Assembly: GCA_964523415.1 (NCBI GenBank)
Contig: CAZFZB010000001.1
Location: 16,073-80,072, forward strand
Length of the DNA stretch: 64,000 bases
Origin: an uncultured Chromatiaceae bacterium
Lineage (GTDB): Bacteria; Pseudomonadota; Gammaproteobacteria; Chromatiales; Chromatiaceae
Reading direction: 5' to 3'
This document shows, piece by piece, positions 40,271-49,231 of this stretch; position 1 is the first letter of the stretch; every line of letters begins with the position of its first letter. The notes under the pieces were generated by a model. That model did not search any database. It was given only the letters and a program-made list of their open reading frames with translations, and had not been told where the DNA came from. The translations under genes were made by a program, and so were the position numbers.

Positions 40271-40735
40271 TCAGAATTCAGGGATCAATCGCGCGGACTC
40301 GATCATGGCGACAGGCAGCTCCCAGAGGACACCCTCGACCTCCAGCCGCAGGCGATCACCCTCGACCCCAGACAGCAGGCCCTCGAAGTTTCGCCGGCCC
40401 TCCAACTTGGTGCCGAGACGCACCTTGGCGCGTTGGCCGCGGAAGCGTTCGTAGTGATCGATTCCGAACAAAGGCCGATCCAGCCCTGGGGAGGAGACCT
40501 CCAGGTCATAGGATCCCGAGATGGGATCCTCCACCTCCAGCACGCCGCTGAGTTGATGGCTAACGGCGGCGCAATCATCCAGGTTGATCCCCTGCTCGGC
40601 ATCGATATAGACGCGCAGGATGGAACCGCCATGGCTACCACCCTTTTGTAAATGCACCACCCCGACCAGTTCGTAACCCATGGGCACCACGACCGATCGG
40701 GCCAGATCCACCAACTTGTGCGCAAACTGCGTCAT
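40271..40735 (-). CDS. rimP: Ribosome maturation factor RimP
   Basis: Position immediately upstream of nusA. GYELVGVVHL...LRVYID pattern. Start set at ATG 40735. Confidence 0.9.
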   Translation of the reverse strand: MTQFAHKLVDLARSVVVPMGYELVGVVHLQKGGSHGGSILRVYIDAEQGINLDDCAAVSHQLSGVLEVEDPISGSYDLEVSSPGLDRPLFGIDHYERFRGQRAKVRLGTKLEGRRNFEGLLSGVEGDRLRLEVEGVLWELPVAMIESARLIPEF

Positions 40736-40744
40736 CAACCGCCA

Positions 40745-40770
40745 TAAAACAAAAATGGGCCGATGGCCCA
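40745..40770 (-). terminator. Intrinsic terminator/attenuator hairpin 10 nt upstream of the rimP start
   Basis: Minus strand reads TGGGCC-ATC-GGCCCA followed by TTTTTGTTTT. Confidence 0.45.
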
Positions 40771-40822
40771 CTCGGTGCGGTTCAACCACAAGCGGGATTG
40801 CCCGCCGAAGCGACCACAAACC

Positions 40823-40847
40823 AAAAAAAACCCCGATATCGGGGTCC
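40823..40847 (-). terminator. Strong intrinsic terminator in the rimP-nusA-infB leader
   Basis: Minus strand reads GGACCCCGATATCGGGGT, a perfect 16-nt palindrome, followed by T8. Confidence 0.6.
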
Positions 40848-40893
40848 TGCTTGCTTCCAGGGTTCCTGGGGAACTCCTACTCCAATCTTTGCG

Positions 40894-40922
40894 ATAATAC
40901 GAATTTTCAGGATTAAGGGCAA
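40894..40922 (-). promoter_or_regulatory. Candidate sigma70 promoter TTGCCC-N17-TATTAT
   Basis: Read on the minus strand: -35 at 40917-40922 and -10 at 40894-40899. It lies upstream of both leader terminators. Confidence 0.45.
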
Positions 40923-40973
40923 GAAAAACCCGTCCGCCCTTTTCCACCCCTAAACCTTGACCTGCCACCCGCG

Positions 40974-41525
40974 ATGGCCAACATCATGACACCATCAACC
41001 CCCCTGCTACCCTCGGACCTACTGCTATCCCTGTCGCTTTCCCAAACCCAAGACCTGCTGGCAACAGCCTCGCGACATTTTGGTCTGAAATCGCCCCAAG
41101 TGATAATCAGGTTCGATCTGCGAGGTCGCAGCGCCGGACAGGTACGCCTGGGGGCAGGTGGGGTCTGGGTGGTGCGTTACAACCCGGCCTTGCTAGCCCG
41201 CCATGGCGAGGACTTCCTGTCCAAAACTATCCCTCACGAGGTCGCCCATGTCATAGCTTATCGCCTGCACGGTCCTGGCATCCTCCCCCATGGTCCCGAG
41301 TGGCGAGCCCTGATGTGCCACTTCGGCGCAGACCCCACACGCTGCCATGACTTCGATATCAGCGGCCTCCCCACCCGCACCCAGGTCCGCTTCTCCTACC
41401 AATGCGCCTGTCGCACTCACCAGCTCACCAGCATCCGTCACCATCGCATCCTACGCGGCCAGCGTTACCAGTGCCGCACCTGCGGCCAGGATCTGACACG
41501 GATCTCCGAGGAACACTCGGGCTAG
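40974..41525 (+). CDS. sprT: SprT-family zinc metalloprotease-like protein
   Basis: HEVAHV zinc motif and a C-terminal Cys-rich zinc ribbon (CAC...CRTC). Confidence 0.7.
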   Translation: MANIMTPSTPLLPSDLLLSLSLSQTQDLLATASRHFGLKSPQVIIRFDLRGRSAGQVRLGAGGVWVVRYNPALLARHGEDFLSKTIPHEVAHVIAYRLHGPGILPHGPEWRALMCHFGADPTRCHDFDISGLPTRTQVRFSYQCACRTHQLTSIRHHRILRGQRYQCRTCGQDLTRISEEHSG

Positions 41526-42607
41526 CCAACTCGGCCCTCGGTTCCGCGCCCCAGTGGGTCCGCGGGCGCGATTCCGGGCATAAAGGGCAATCTCCGGTCA
41601 CTATGGGTGATTTGGTAAATCAACCCCATCCAGTTACCCACTACACCCTCCGCGGTATCGTGCCAGGTATTGTCGAGCGAGAGGGCAAGGCGATCTCCCG
41701 GTACCTGAGGGACGACCTCACCCCGACCAAGGGCCGCCAAAACACGACTGCGATGCTCCTCCAGAATAGCCCGATCCCGTCGCCGGAAGGTATGCTCCGG
41801 GAAGGGAGGATAATCCCCTCGTTCCCCTGCCACGAAGCGCCGCACCTCCCTCTGGTACTCCTTCAGCAAGGACACGGTATCGTACTCGGGATGCCCTTGA
41901 AAAAAGACCAGACGCAAGCCATCCTCGCTCACCGCCAGGTGTACCCCTGCCACCTCGCTCTCCACCAGCACCCGAAGCCCCGCCGCGTCGAACTGTTGCC
42001 GGCCGATTTCATTAAAGCGGGAATGTGGCACGTCAAACAGGGTATTGACGTTTGCCACCAAGGGATGATCGCGATCCACCACCCGATGCGGATACACCCC
42101 CCAGCGTTTATGCCCCAGGCCATAACGCCGCTGACCATAACGAAACTGCAGTACTGCATGGGTTGCCAGACACGAACAGAGCGTTGAGGTCACATTTTCC
42201 AGGGCCCAGTCCACGACCTCGATCAAGGGCTCCCAAAAGACCTCCCTAGATAGGTCGGGCTCGGTGACATTTGCCCCCGTGATGATGAGGGCATCCAGGC
42301 CCTCTACTCGGATACGCTCGAAGGGCTCGTAATGGCGCTGAATGTGTGCCCGCGCCTCCGGACCCCGTGGCAAGGCCTCGAGACTGAAGGGGTGAACAAA
42401 GAACTGAGCGATTTGGTTGCTTTGACCGATCAGGCGGAAGAACTGGCGCTCCGTAGCTGCCAGGGCTGCATCCGGCATCATGTTGCAAAGCCCGATGTGC
42501 AACTCACGGATATCCTGCTGACAGGCCCGAGCCGGATCCAGGATATTCTGCCCTTCCCCACGCAGACGCGTGAAGGTCGGTAGGTCGTTATGGGCAACGA
42601 TAGGCAT
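41522..42607 (-). CDS. metA: Homoserine O-acyltransferase, MetA family
   Basis: MPIVAHNDLPTFTRL N-terminus with colinear MetA core. Start set at ATG 42607. Succinyl versus acetyl specificity cannot be read from the sequence. Confidence 0.9.
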   Translation of the reverse strand: MPIVAHNDLPTFTRLRGEGQNILDPARACQQDIRELHIGLCNMMPDAALAATERQFFRLIGQSNQIAQFFVHPFSLEALPRGPEARAHIQRHYEPFERIRVEGLDALIITGANVTEPDLSREVFWEPLIEVVDWALENVTSTLCSCLATHAVLQFRYGQRRYGLGHKRWGVYPHRVVDRDHPLVANVNTLFDVPHSRFNEIGRQQFDAAGLRVLVESEVAGVHLAVSEDGLRLVFFQGHPEYDTVSLLKEYQREVRRFVAGERGDYPPFPEHTFRRRDRAILEEHRSRVLAALGRGEVVPQVPGDRLALSLDNTWHDTAEGVVGNWMGLIYQITHSDRRLPFMPGIAPADPLGRGTEGRVG

Positions 42608-42649
42608 TTGATGGTACCTCAGAGGATCCCACTCTCTCCGTCCCAAGCC

Positions 42650-43495
42650 TCAAGCCCGGCGGGCGATGGCCTGCTCGACGAGTTCGAGAAAATCGCGTTC
42701 ATCGCGCACCCGCGCCACCTCCGGGGAGGACACTCGATAGCCATGAGGCGCGGCGATAGCCTCATAACGTGGCACCCGTGAATGGAAAAGGCGTGGAAAC
42801 ACCCAACGGGTGAAGTCGTTCGGGTTGATCTCCGCCACATAGTCCAAATGGCGCTCGGTCAGGTAATCCTGTACCGCGCCAGCGAGGAATTGAGGGCGGT
42901 AATAGAGGGGTTTGGGATCGGCCTGGGCCCGCTCGATCAATTTGATCTCATCCGCCTCCGGCACCTGGATATAGAGAATCAGGCTTTCCTCCGCCAGCAG
43001 ATCGATCACCCGTGGTTCATCCAATTCGCACAGCGAACCTCCCACATCGTTCACCAGGTGGCGATAACCATAGATTTCCCGCGCCTTACGCTTAAAGGCC
43101 GGTACATCCATCATAGCGGCGATCTCCGCCTGACGGTACAGGGCCTGACGGCGATTGAATTCCTCCAGCCCCAGCCCCCCCAACTCCGGATCGCCCAACT
43201 TACCCACGAAGCTAAGCACAGGACCCAGGTCATCCACTTTGATGTTATTTCGGATAAAGATCCAATCCTGACGCAGCAGATCCCGTAAAAAAGGCACCTG
43301 CATCGCCTGACCCTTGATAAGGTCGAGGATGTGCTCGTCCAGATACCGAGTACCGATGCGATAATCCCCGGAATAGTGAAACCAATCCTGGCGGCGAAGT
43401 ATGCCGGAAAGGTGCGTCTTACCCACCCCGGACATCCCCAGCAGGGTAATACACTTATTGTCCCAGGCACGAAAGGCTTCAACGGTCAACTTCAC
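42650..43495 (-). CDS. P-loop NTPase, shikimate-kinase/NMP-kinase-like, unknown substrate
   Basis: Walker A LLGMSGVGKTH. Start placed at GTG 43495, which has AAGGAG 8 nt upstream. The stop is about 40 nt upstream of metA. Confidence 0.6.
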   Translation of the reverse strand: MKLTVEAFRAWDNKCITLLGMSGVGKTHLSGILRRQDWFHYSGDYRIGTRYLDEHILDLIKGQAMQVPFLRDLLRQDWIFIRNNIKVDDLGPVLSFVGKLGDPELGGLGLEEFNRRQALYRQAEIAAMMDVPAFKRKAREIYGYRHLVNDVGGSLCELDEPRVIDLLAEESLILYIQVPEADEIKLIERAQADPKPLYYRPQFLAGAVQDYLTERHLDYVAEINPNDFTRWVFPRLFHSRVPRYEAIAAPHGYRVSSPEVARVRDERDFLELVEQAIARRA

Positions 43496-43576
43496 GGCAA
43501 TGGCTCCTTGGCCGGAGGAAAGCAGGGGACGAGGTGGCAAAGTTTAAGGCATACCACCGAAGATCGAAATTTTGAG

Positions 43577-44320
43577 CTAGCCTCTCACACCGATCAGGGC
43601 GGCTAGAACCCCTTGGATGGGTTCGATGCAAGCTGCCATATTGGCCTCGAGTTCGGAAAAGACGATCTCCCCTTCTGCCTTGCCGGCGGCCCAGTTGACC
43701 ACAAAGGCCAGGCAGGCAAAACAAAGCCCCAGTTCCCGCGCCAGGGCCGCCTCGGGCATACCCGTCATACCCACAAAATCGCAGCCATCACGCTCCATAC
43801 GACGAATCTCGGCGGCTGTCTCCAAGCGTGGACCCTGTGTCACGCCATAGGTGCCCCCATCAACCAGGGGGATGCCAGACGCCTGCGCCAGCCCTAGCAG
43901 GTCGGTACGCAGGGCTTCGCAATAGGGCCGGGTGAAGTCGATATGGACCACGCCTGCCTCCCCGCCCTCAAAGAAGGTCTGGTCGCGGCCATGGGTATAG
44001 TCGATGAGATGATCCGGGATCGCCAGTGACCGAGGGCCATAGTGAGCATGTATTCCACCTACAGCAGCCAGCCCCACCACCCGCTCTGCCCCCAGGGACT
44101 TGAGTGCCCAAATATTGGCACGGTAGTTTACCGCATGGGGTGGGATCCGGTGGTGCAACCCATGACGGGAAAGGAAAAGAAAGTCCCCGCCAGCAAGCCG
44201 TCCTCGCTGGACGGGTGCAGATATTTGGCCATAAGGGGTCTCGGGACAGGTCTCACCCAAGGGTTCCATGCCAGGCAGGCTGGCGAAGCCGGATCCTCCG
44301 ATGACAGCAATATGGCTCAT
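43577..44320 (-). CDS. mtnP: S-methyl-5'-thioadenosine/thioinosine phosphorylase (MtnP/MTIP, PNP family)
   Basis: MSHIAVIGGSGF N-terminus. Trimeric PNP/MTAP fold pattern, about 247 aa. Confidence 0.8.
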   Translation of the reverse strand: MSHIAVIGGSGFASLPGMEPLGETCPETPYGQISAPVQRGRLAGGDFLFLSRHGLHHRIPPHAVNYRANIWALKSLGAERVVGLAAVGGIHAHYGPRSLAIPDHLIDYTHGRDQTFFEGGEAGVVHIDFTRPYCEALRTDLLGLAQASGIPLVDGGTYGVTQGPRLETAAEIRRMERDGCDFVGMTGMPEAALARELGLCFACLAFVVNWAAGKAEGEIVFSELEANMAACIEPIQGVLAALIGVRG

Positions 44321-44371
44321 GCTAACTAGCTCTCGGTGCGCGTGATACAGGGGGTTTAGCCAGGATCAGGC

Positions 44372-44402
44372 AAAAAAAACGGCGCGGGTTGCCCGGCGCC
44401 GG
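44372..44402 (-). terminator. Intrinsic terminator after the hemerythrin-like gene
   Basis: Minus strand carries an imperfect GC-rich stem (GGCGCCGGGC / GCCCGCGCC region) followed by T8. Confidence 0.55.
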
Positions 44403-44467
44403 TTGGGGGTAAAGAGGGAGGGATCCGGGGGTTAAGTCTCCCACCAAGGTACCACGGGGACACCCAC

Positions 44468-44911
44468 CTAGGACCGAGCCTCCTGGAAGAGCCCGATCTC
44501 CACCAACTTGGGAAACAGCACCCGATTCTCCCTTTCGATACGTTCGGCGACCATCTGAAATACGGCATGGCTCTCGCGCAAGAATTCACCAGTAAAGTTG
44601 AAGTCACAGTTTTTCAGCCACTTTCGATGATACTCATCGAAAGTCTGACGCAGCGGCCTTTCACCGCTGATGAAGCCCCAGGCAAGGGACTTGACCCGAG
44701 GATCCTCATGGATAAGCAGAGAGGGATAGACACCACGATCCTCGTCACCCAGATGCTCCTTGACCTTGCTGCCCAATTCGCACAACAGCAAATAGGCAGT
44801 CTTAGCATTAGGACGAATTTGAAGCATCTCGGGGGTTAACAATAAACGCAAATCCTCGATCATCTGCAGCAAGTCCGCGTGGCGATCGCGGTAGTGAGCT
44901 AGGTCATGCAT
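44468..44911 (-). CDS. Hemerythrin-like (HHE cation-binding) domain protein
   Basis: Helical 147-aa protein with spaced His/Glu/Asp ligand candidates (HYRDRH, KEHLGDED, LIHED, EYH). The family call is tentative. Confidence 0.5.
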   Translation of the reverse strand: MHDLAHYRDRHADLLQMIEDLRLLLTPEMLQIRPNAKTAYLLLCELGSKVKEHLGDEDRGVYPSLLIHEDPRVKSLAWGFISGERPLRQTFDEYHRKWLKNCDFNFTGEFLRESHAVFQMVAERIERENRVLFPKLVEIGLFQEARS

Positions 44912-45134
44912 TGGACCCTCCTCCTCGGTCTCGTAGTAATTTTATTGGCGGTATGGTGGATCACCCTGACCCTCTCGCTCCTTTAGGGTCCTTGATCCTG
45001 AGGCGCAGGGTGGCGTAAATCATGAATAAACGAAAACCAGGGATATGTCAACAACTATATAATTTATTTAGATTTTTATTATTTTCCCAACTTCCCGTAC
45101 CAGCATGTCCAAGCACCCATTATGATCATGGCCA

Positions 45135-45692
45135 TTACACATCCTCGTCCGCCACGGCGTAGATCCCGGGGGCATTGCGGAAATAATCCTTGTAATCGAG
45201 TCCATAGCCAAACAGGTAGAGGTCCGGGGTCCTGACGCCGACATAATCCGCCTCGATATCGCAGGTGCGGTTCCGGTCCTTGGCGACCAACACCGCAGTC
45301 CTCACACTGGCTGCACCATCCTCCCGGCAGGCCCGCACGGCTGCCGCCAGCGTCAACCCCTCGTCCAGGATGTCGTCCATCACCAAGACTTGGCGACCCT
45401 GAATGGCGGCACTGGGACGATGTAGCCAGGCTACTTCCCCGCCACGGGTCGTGCCTCGATAACGTGTGGCGTGCAGATAATCCAGTTGCAGTTGGAAATC
45501 CAGACGCGGTAACAAGCGCCCTGTCAAGATCATGGCACCCGTCATGACACAGAGCACCAGGGGATCACTCCCCGCCAGGTCCTGGGCTATCCTCCCGGCC
45601 ATCCGGTCCAGGGCTTGTTCCAGTTCCTCCCCTGGGATGAGCAGGGTGGCCCGGGACGCCACCGCGGCATAGTTTTCCGGAGTCAGGCGCAT
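45135..45692 (-). CDS. hpt: Hypoxanthine(-guanine) phosphoribosyltransferase
   Basis: PRPP-binding motif VLVMDDILDEGLTL. Start set at ATG 45692. Confidence 0.85.
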   Translation of the reverse strand: MRLTPENYAAVASRATLLIPGEELEQALDRMAGRIAQDLAGSDPLVLCVMTGAMILTGRLLPRLDFQLQLDYLHATRYRGTTRGGEVAWLHRPSAAIQGRQVLVMDDILDEGLTLAAAVRACREDGAASVRTAVLVAKDRNRTCDIEADYVGVRTPDLYLFGYGLDYKDYFRNAPGIYAVADEDV

Positions 45693-45733
45693 GCTGGTAT
45701 CACCATGGTTGATCCCTGTTGTGGTGCAGGGTC

Positions 45734-46780
45734 TCACAGATCGAGATCGAGCGATCCCAACTCCTCCAGTGCCCCGACCGCGCGAACGCCCTTTTGCCAG
45801 CGGGGATCCAGGTGAAGATGAGCAGGATCCAGTCCCCCTCGACCATGCATGCGCAGGCAACGCAGGTGCATGGTGGGATCATCGAAATGGCGCAGGGCAT
45901 CCACTATCTCCAAGGCCGCCGGCCGGTTGTTGCAGATCAAGAGGACATCGCAACCGGCATCCAAGGCAGCGCGGGCACGATCGGGATAACTACCTCCCGC
46001 CGCCGCTGCCCCCATGTTGAGGTCGTCGCTGAAGATTAGGCCCTGAAAGGCCAGTTGCCCCCGTAATACCTCCTTGAGCCAGAAGGGCGAGAAGCCCGCC
46101 GGCCGGGCATCGACCTGGGGATAAAGAACATGGGCCGGCATAATGGCCTCCAGACCATGACGGACCAGGCGTTCAAAGGGTACCAGATCCTCCATTTCGA
46201 TCTCCATGAAACAGCGACCATCGATAGGCAACTCGGCATGGGAATCCGCGGCCACCCCGCCGTGCCCTGGAAAGTGTTTGCCAACCGCGGCCATGCCTGC
46301 GTCTTTAACCCCTTCGCACCAGGCCCGGGAAAGTTCGGAGACCCCATTAATAGTGTCGGCAAAGGCGCGGTCGCCGATAACCCCGCTGACACCACGATCC
46401 AGGTCCAGCACGGGGGCATAACTAAAGTCCACGCCCAGGGTTATCAGTTCCGCGGCCATCAACCAACCAACCGCCTCCGCCGCCTGCCGGGCATGATGGG
46501 GATTTCCTCGTGCGAGTTGGCCAAAACGGGCTGCCGGTGGCAGCCGCGTCAAGCCTTCCCGAAAGCGCTGGACCCGCCCCCCCTCCTGGTCCACGCTGAC
46601 AAGGAGACGTGGCTCCCGCAGGGCATGGATGGCCTTCGTCAAGGCCGCCAGTTGGTCCGGATCGCGATAATTACGGGAAAAGAGGATGACGCCACCGACC
46701 GCCGGATGGCGCAGCAGTTCATGCTCCTCGGTGGTGAGTTCAAGCCCTTCAAGATCAAGGATGACGGGACCCAGGGACAC
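45734..46780 (-). CDS. nagZ: Beta-N-acetylhexosaminidase NagZ (peptidoglycan recycling)
   Basis: SLGPVILDLEG N-terminus and KHFPGHGGVAADSH. Start set at GTG 46780. Confidence 0.9.
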   Translation of the reverse strand: MSLGPVILDLEGLELTTEEHELLRHPAVGGVILFSRNYRDPDQLAALTKAIHALREPRLLVSVDQEGGRVQRFREGLTRLPPAARFGQLARGNPHHARQAAEAVGWLMAAELITLGVDFSYAPVLDLDRGVSGVIGDRAFADTINGVSELSRAWCEGVKDAGMAAVGKHFPGHGGVAADSHAELPIDGRCFMEIEMEDLVPFERLVRHGLEAIMPAHVLYPQVDARPAGFSPFWLKEVLRGQLAFQGLIFSDDLNMGAAAAGGSYPDRARAALDAGCDVLLICNNRPAALEIVDALRHFDDPTMHLRCLRMHGRGGLDPAHLHLDPRWQKGVRAVGALEELGSLDLDL

Positions 46781-46920
46781 GAATAGAGACCCTCCAAAGT
46801 GTTGGGAATGGGAGCAAGGTATCAGCATAGCGGGCCCGGACCCTGACGACCAGAATCAACCCTATCGAAGGCCTCCCAGGTCTGCATAGCCACCACAAGG
46901 GGACACTCTGACCAGAGCCC

Positions 46921-47760
46921 TCAAGCCGGATTACGTACATCCAGCCAGTCGCGCAGCCGATCCCCAAGGAGATTGACGGAAAAGACCACCCCAGCGATGG
47001 CGATGCCCGGGGCCATCACCAGGTGAGGTGCAACCAGCATATAGCTCACACCGTCGCGAATCATGCTGCCCCAGGAGGACTGGGGTGGCTGAACGCCCAG
47101 ACCCAGAAATGACAGCCCCGCCTCAGCGACCACCACCCCGGCAATACCAAAGGTCGCCTCCACGATCAGGGGAGCCAGGGCCAGGGGTAGCAGGTGGCGA
47201 AACAGGGTGCGCCCTGGACCAACCCCCAGGGCGCGCGCCGCGGTCACGTGGTCGCGCTCCTTGAGGGATAGAAGCTGTGCCCGGGTCAGGCGCGCATAGC
47301 CTACCCAGCCGGTGACAGACAGGGCGATAATCAAATTTTCGATGCTCGGACCCAGGATACCCGCCAGGGCAATGGCCAGGAGGATGCCGGGAAAGGCGAG
47401 GAAGACATCGATCAGTCGCACCAACAGCAGGTCCAGCCAGCCTCCAGCATAGGCCCCGATACCACCCACAAGGACACCGATCAGGGCCGAGAGGGCGACG
47501 ACGCCAAACCCCACCAGGAAGGCGATATGCGCCCCCACCAGCAACCGGTCAAGGACAGGCCGGCCCAGGTCATCACAACCCAACGGCGACCCCCAACTCG
47601 GACCCACCAAAATCGCCGACAGATCCACCCTGTTCGGCGCTAAAGGTAGCCAGGGTCCGACCAGGGCAACGAGGATCCACAGCAGCAGAAAGAGCGTCGG
47701 CGGGGTCCAACCCGCCCCCTGCGGCCAGAGGCGTGGCATGGACTTCATCAAGTTCGCCAA
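46921..47760 (-). CDS. Peptide/nickel-type ABC transporter permease (DppC/OppC-like)
   Basis: Six TM helices and a binding-protein-dependent transport inner-membrane component pattern. Confidence 0.85.
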   Translation of the reverse strand: MANLMKSMPRLWPQGAGWTPPTLFLLLWILVALVGPWLPLAPNRVDLSAILVGPSWGSPLGCDDLGRPVLDRLLVGAHIAFLVGFGVVALSALIGVLVGGIGAYAGGWLDLLLVRLIDVFLAFPGILLAIALAGILGPSIENLIIALSVTGWVGYARLTRAQLLSLKERDHVTAARALGVGPGRTLFRHLLPLALAPLIVEATFGIAGVVVAEAGLSFLGLGVQPPQSSWGSMIRDGVSYMLVAPHLVMAPGIAIAGVVFSVNLLGDRLRDWLDVRNPA

Positions 47761-48671
47761 CGGATGCGTGGATCGATCAAGCTATACACCAAATCGGTAA
47801 GGGTATTGACCAACACATAGGACAAACTGACAAGCAGAACGCAGGCCTGAACCACGGGATAGTCACGGCTCTGAATCGCCTCTACGAGCAGACTCCCCAC
47901 GCCAGGCCAGGCAAATACGGTCTCGGTGATGACGGCGCCGCCCAGCAATCCGCCCAATTGCATCCCGATCAGGGTTAGGATCGGCAGCCAGGCATTACGC
48001 AGGGCATGGCCCCAGAGCACACGCCACTCGGACAGGCCCTTGGCACGAGCGGTGCGCACATAATCCTCGCCTAACACCTCCAGGACACTGCCTCGTACCA
48101 TGCGCGCCAGTATCGCCGCCATCCCAGTACCCAGGGTAATGGCCGGAAGGATGAGGCTTCTCATACCCTCACGTCCACTCACAGGCGTCCAACCCAGCCA
48201 GAGTGAAAAGATCAAGATCAGCAGGGGGCCCAGCCAAAAATTGGGGACGGAAACCCCCACCAGCGACAGTCCCATAGCCCCAGCATCCAGGCCCGTACCT
48301 TGATGGCGCGCAGCCAACACCCCGAGCGGTAAGGCCAGGACCAAAGCCAGACTCAGGGCGGCAGCGGTCAGTTCCAAGGTCGCCGGGACGCGTTCACCCA
48401 GAATGCTGGCTATCGGGCGACGATCCTGAAAGGATTCACCCAGATCGAGGCGAATCAGACAGCCAAGATAATCGAGATATTGCTCACTGACCGACCGATC
48501 CAGGCCAAGGGCAACCCGAAGCGCCTCCCGATCCGCAGATTGAGCGCTCTCCCCCAGCATAGCCTCTACCGGATCACCAGGTACCAGATGGATGAGCAGA
48601 AAGACCAGGGAACAAACCCCCAGGACCACGAGCAGCGCCGAACCGAAGCGGGAAAGCAACAACCTAAACAT
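47748..48671 (-). CDS. Peptide/nickel-type ABC transporter permease (DppB/OppB-like)
   Basis: MFRLLLSRFGSALLVVLGVCSLVFLLIHLVPGDP N-terminus is typical of DppB/OppB. It overlaps the downstream permease by 13 nt. Confidence 0.85.
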   Translation of the reverse strand: MFRLLLSRFGSALLVVLGVCSLVFLLIHLVPGDPVEAMLGESAQSADREALRVALGLDRSVSEQYLDYLGCLIRLDLGESFQDRRPIASILGERVPATLELTAAALSLALVLALPLGVLAARHQGTGLDAGAMGLSLVGVSVPNFWLGPLLILIFSLWLGWTPVSGREGMRSLILPAITLGTGMAAILARMVRGSVLEVLGEDYVRTARAKGLSEWRVLWGHALRNAWLPILTLIGMQLGGLLGGAVITETVFAWPGVGSLLVEAIQSRDYPVVQACVLLVSLSYVLVNTLTDLVYSLIDPRIRWRT

Positions 48672-48730
48672 AATTCTCTAACCAGGATCGGTTCGAGGCA
48701 GCGGATTACAGAAATGCAAGGACAGGGCTG

Positions 48731-49231
48731 TCAGCGAATATCAATCAGAGTTCCCGCCGGAGCCAGGTCGAAAAGTCGTACCAGGTCCGCGTCATGCATC
48801 CGGATGCAACCATGTGACAGTGGCACCCCCATGGGGGCCGTCTCAGGTGAACCATGTATATAGATGTAACGACGCAAGGTATCGACCCCTCCGCCACGAT
48901 TGCGGCCTGGCTCCAAGCCCGTCAACCACAGGATCCGGGTCAGTATCCAATCCCGTTCCGGGAAGCAGGCCGCCAACTCAGGGCTATAAACCTCACCGGT
49001 GGGCCTGCGACCAACGAACACGGTTCCGGCCGGACAACCCTCACCGATGCGGATCCGCACCCGATGGAGGCCCCGTGGCGTACAGCCACTGTCCCGCCGC
49101 TCGCCGGGTCCATTGCGTCCAGTGGAAACGGTCGCCTTGAACAGCAAGGCGTCATTTTCGAACAGGCACAAGCTCTGGCTAGCCAGATCGATCAGGATGC
49201 GAACCTGGTCCCCCCTTCCGGCTATTCCCAT
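48731..49231 (-). CDS. L,D-transpeptidase (YkuD domain)
   Basis: Catalytic region IHGSPETAPMGVPLSHGCIRM. Start set at ATG 49231, which overlaps the upstream ABC-2 permease stop by 10 nt. Confidence 0.8.
   Translation of the reverse strand: MGIAGRGDQVRILIDLASQSLCLFENDALLFKATVSTGRNGPGERRDSGCTPRGLHRVRIRIGEGCPAGTVFVGRRPTGEVYSPELAACFPERDWILTRILWLTGLEPGRNRGGGVDTLRRYIYIHGSPETAPMGVPLSHGCIRMHDADLVRLFDLAPAGTLIDIR

Noticed and set aside
40848-40973. Expected tRNA-fMet (metY) upstream of rimP
   Set aside because: No acceptor or T-arm (GGTTCGAATCC-like) pattern appears on either strand. I found no tRNA-like sequence anywhere in the window by eye.
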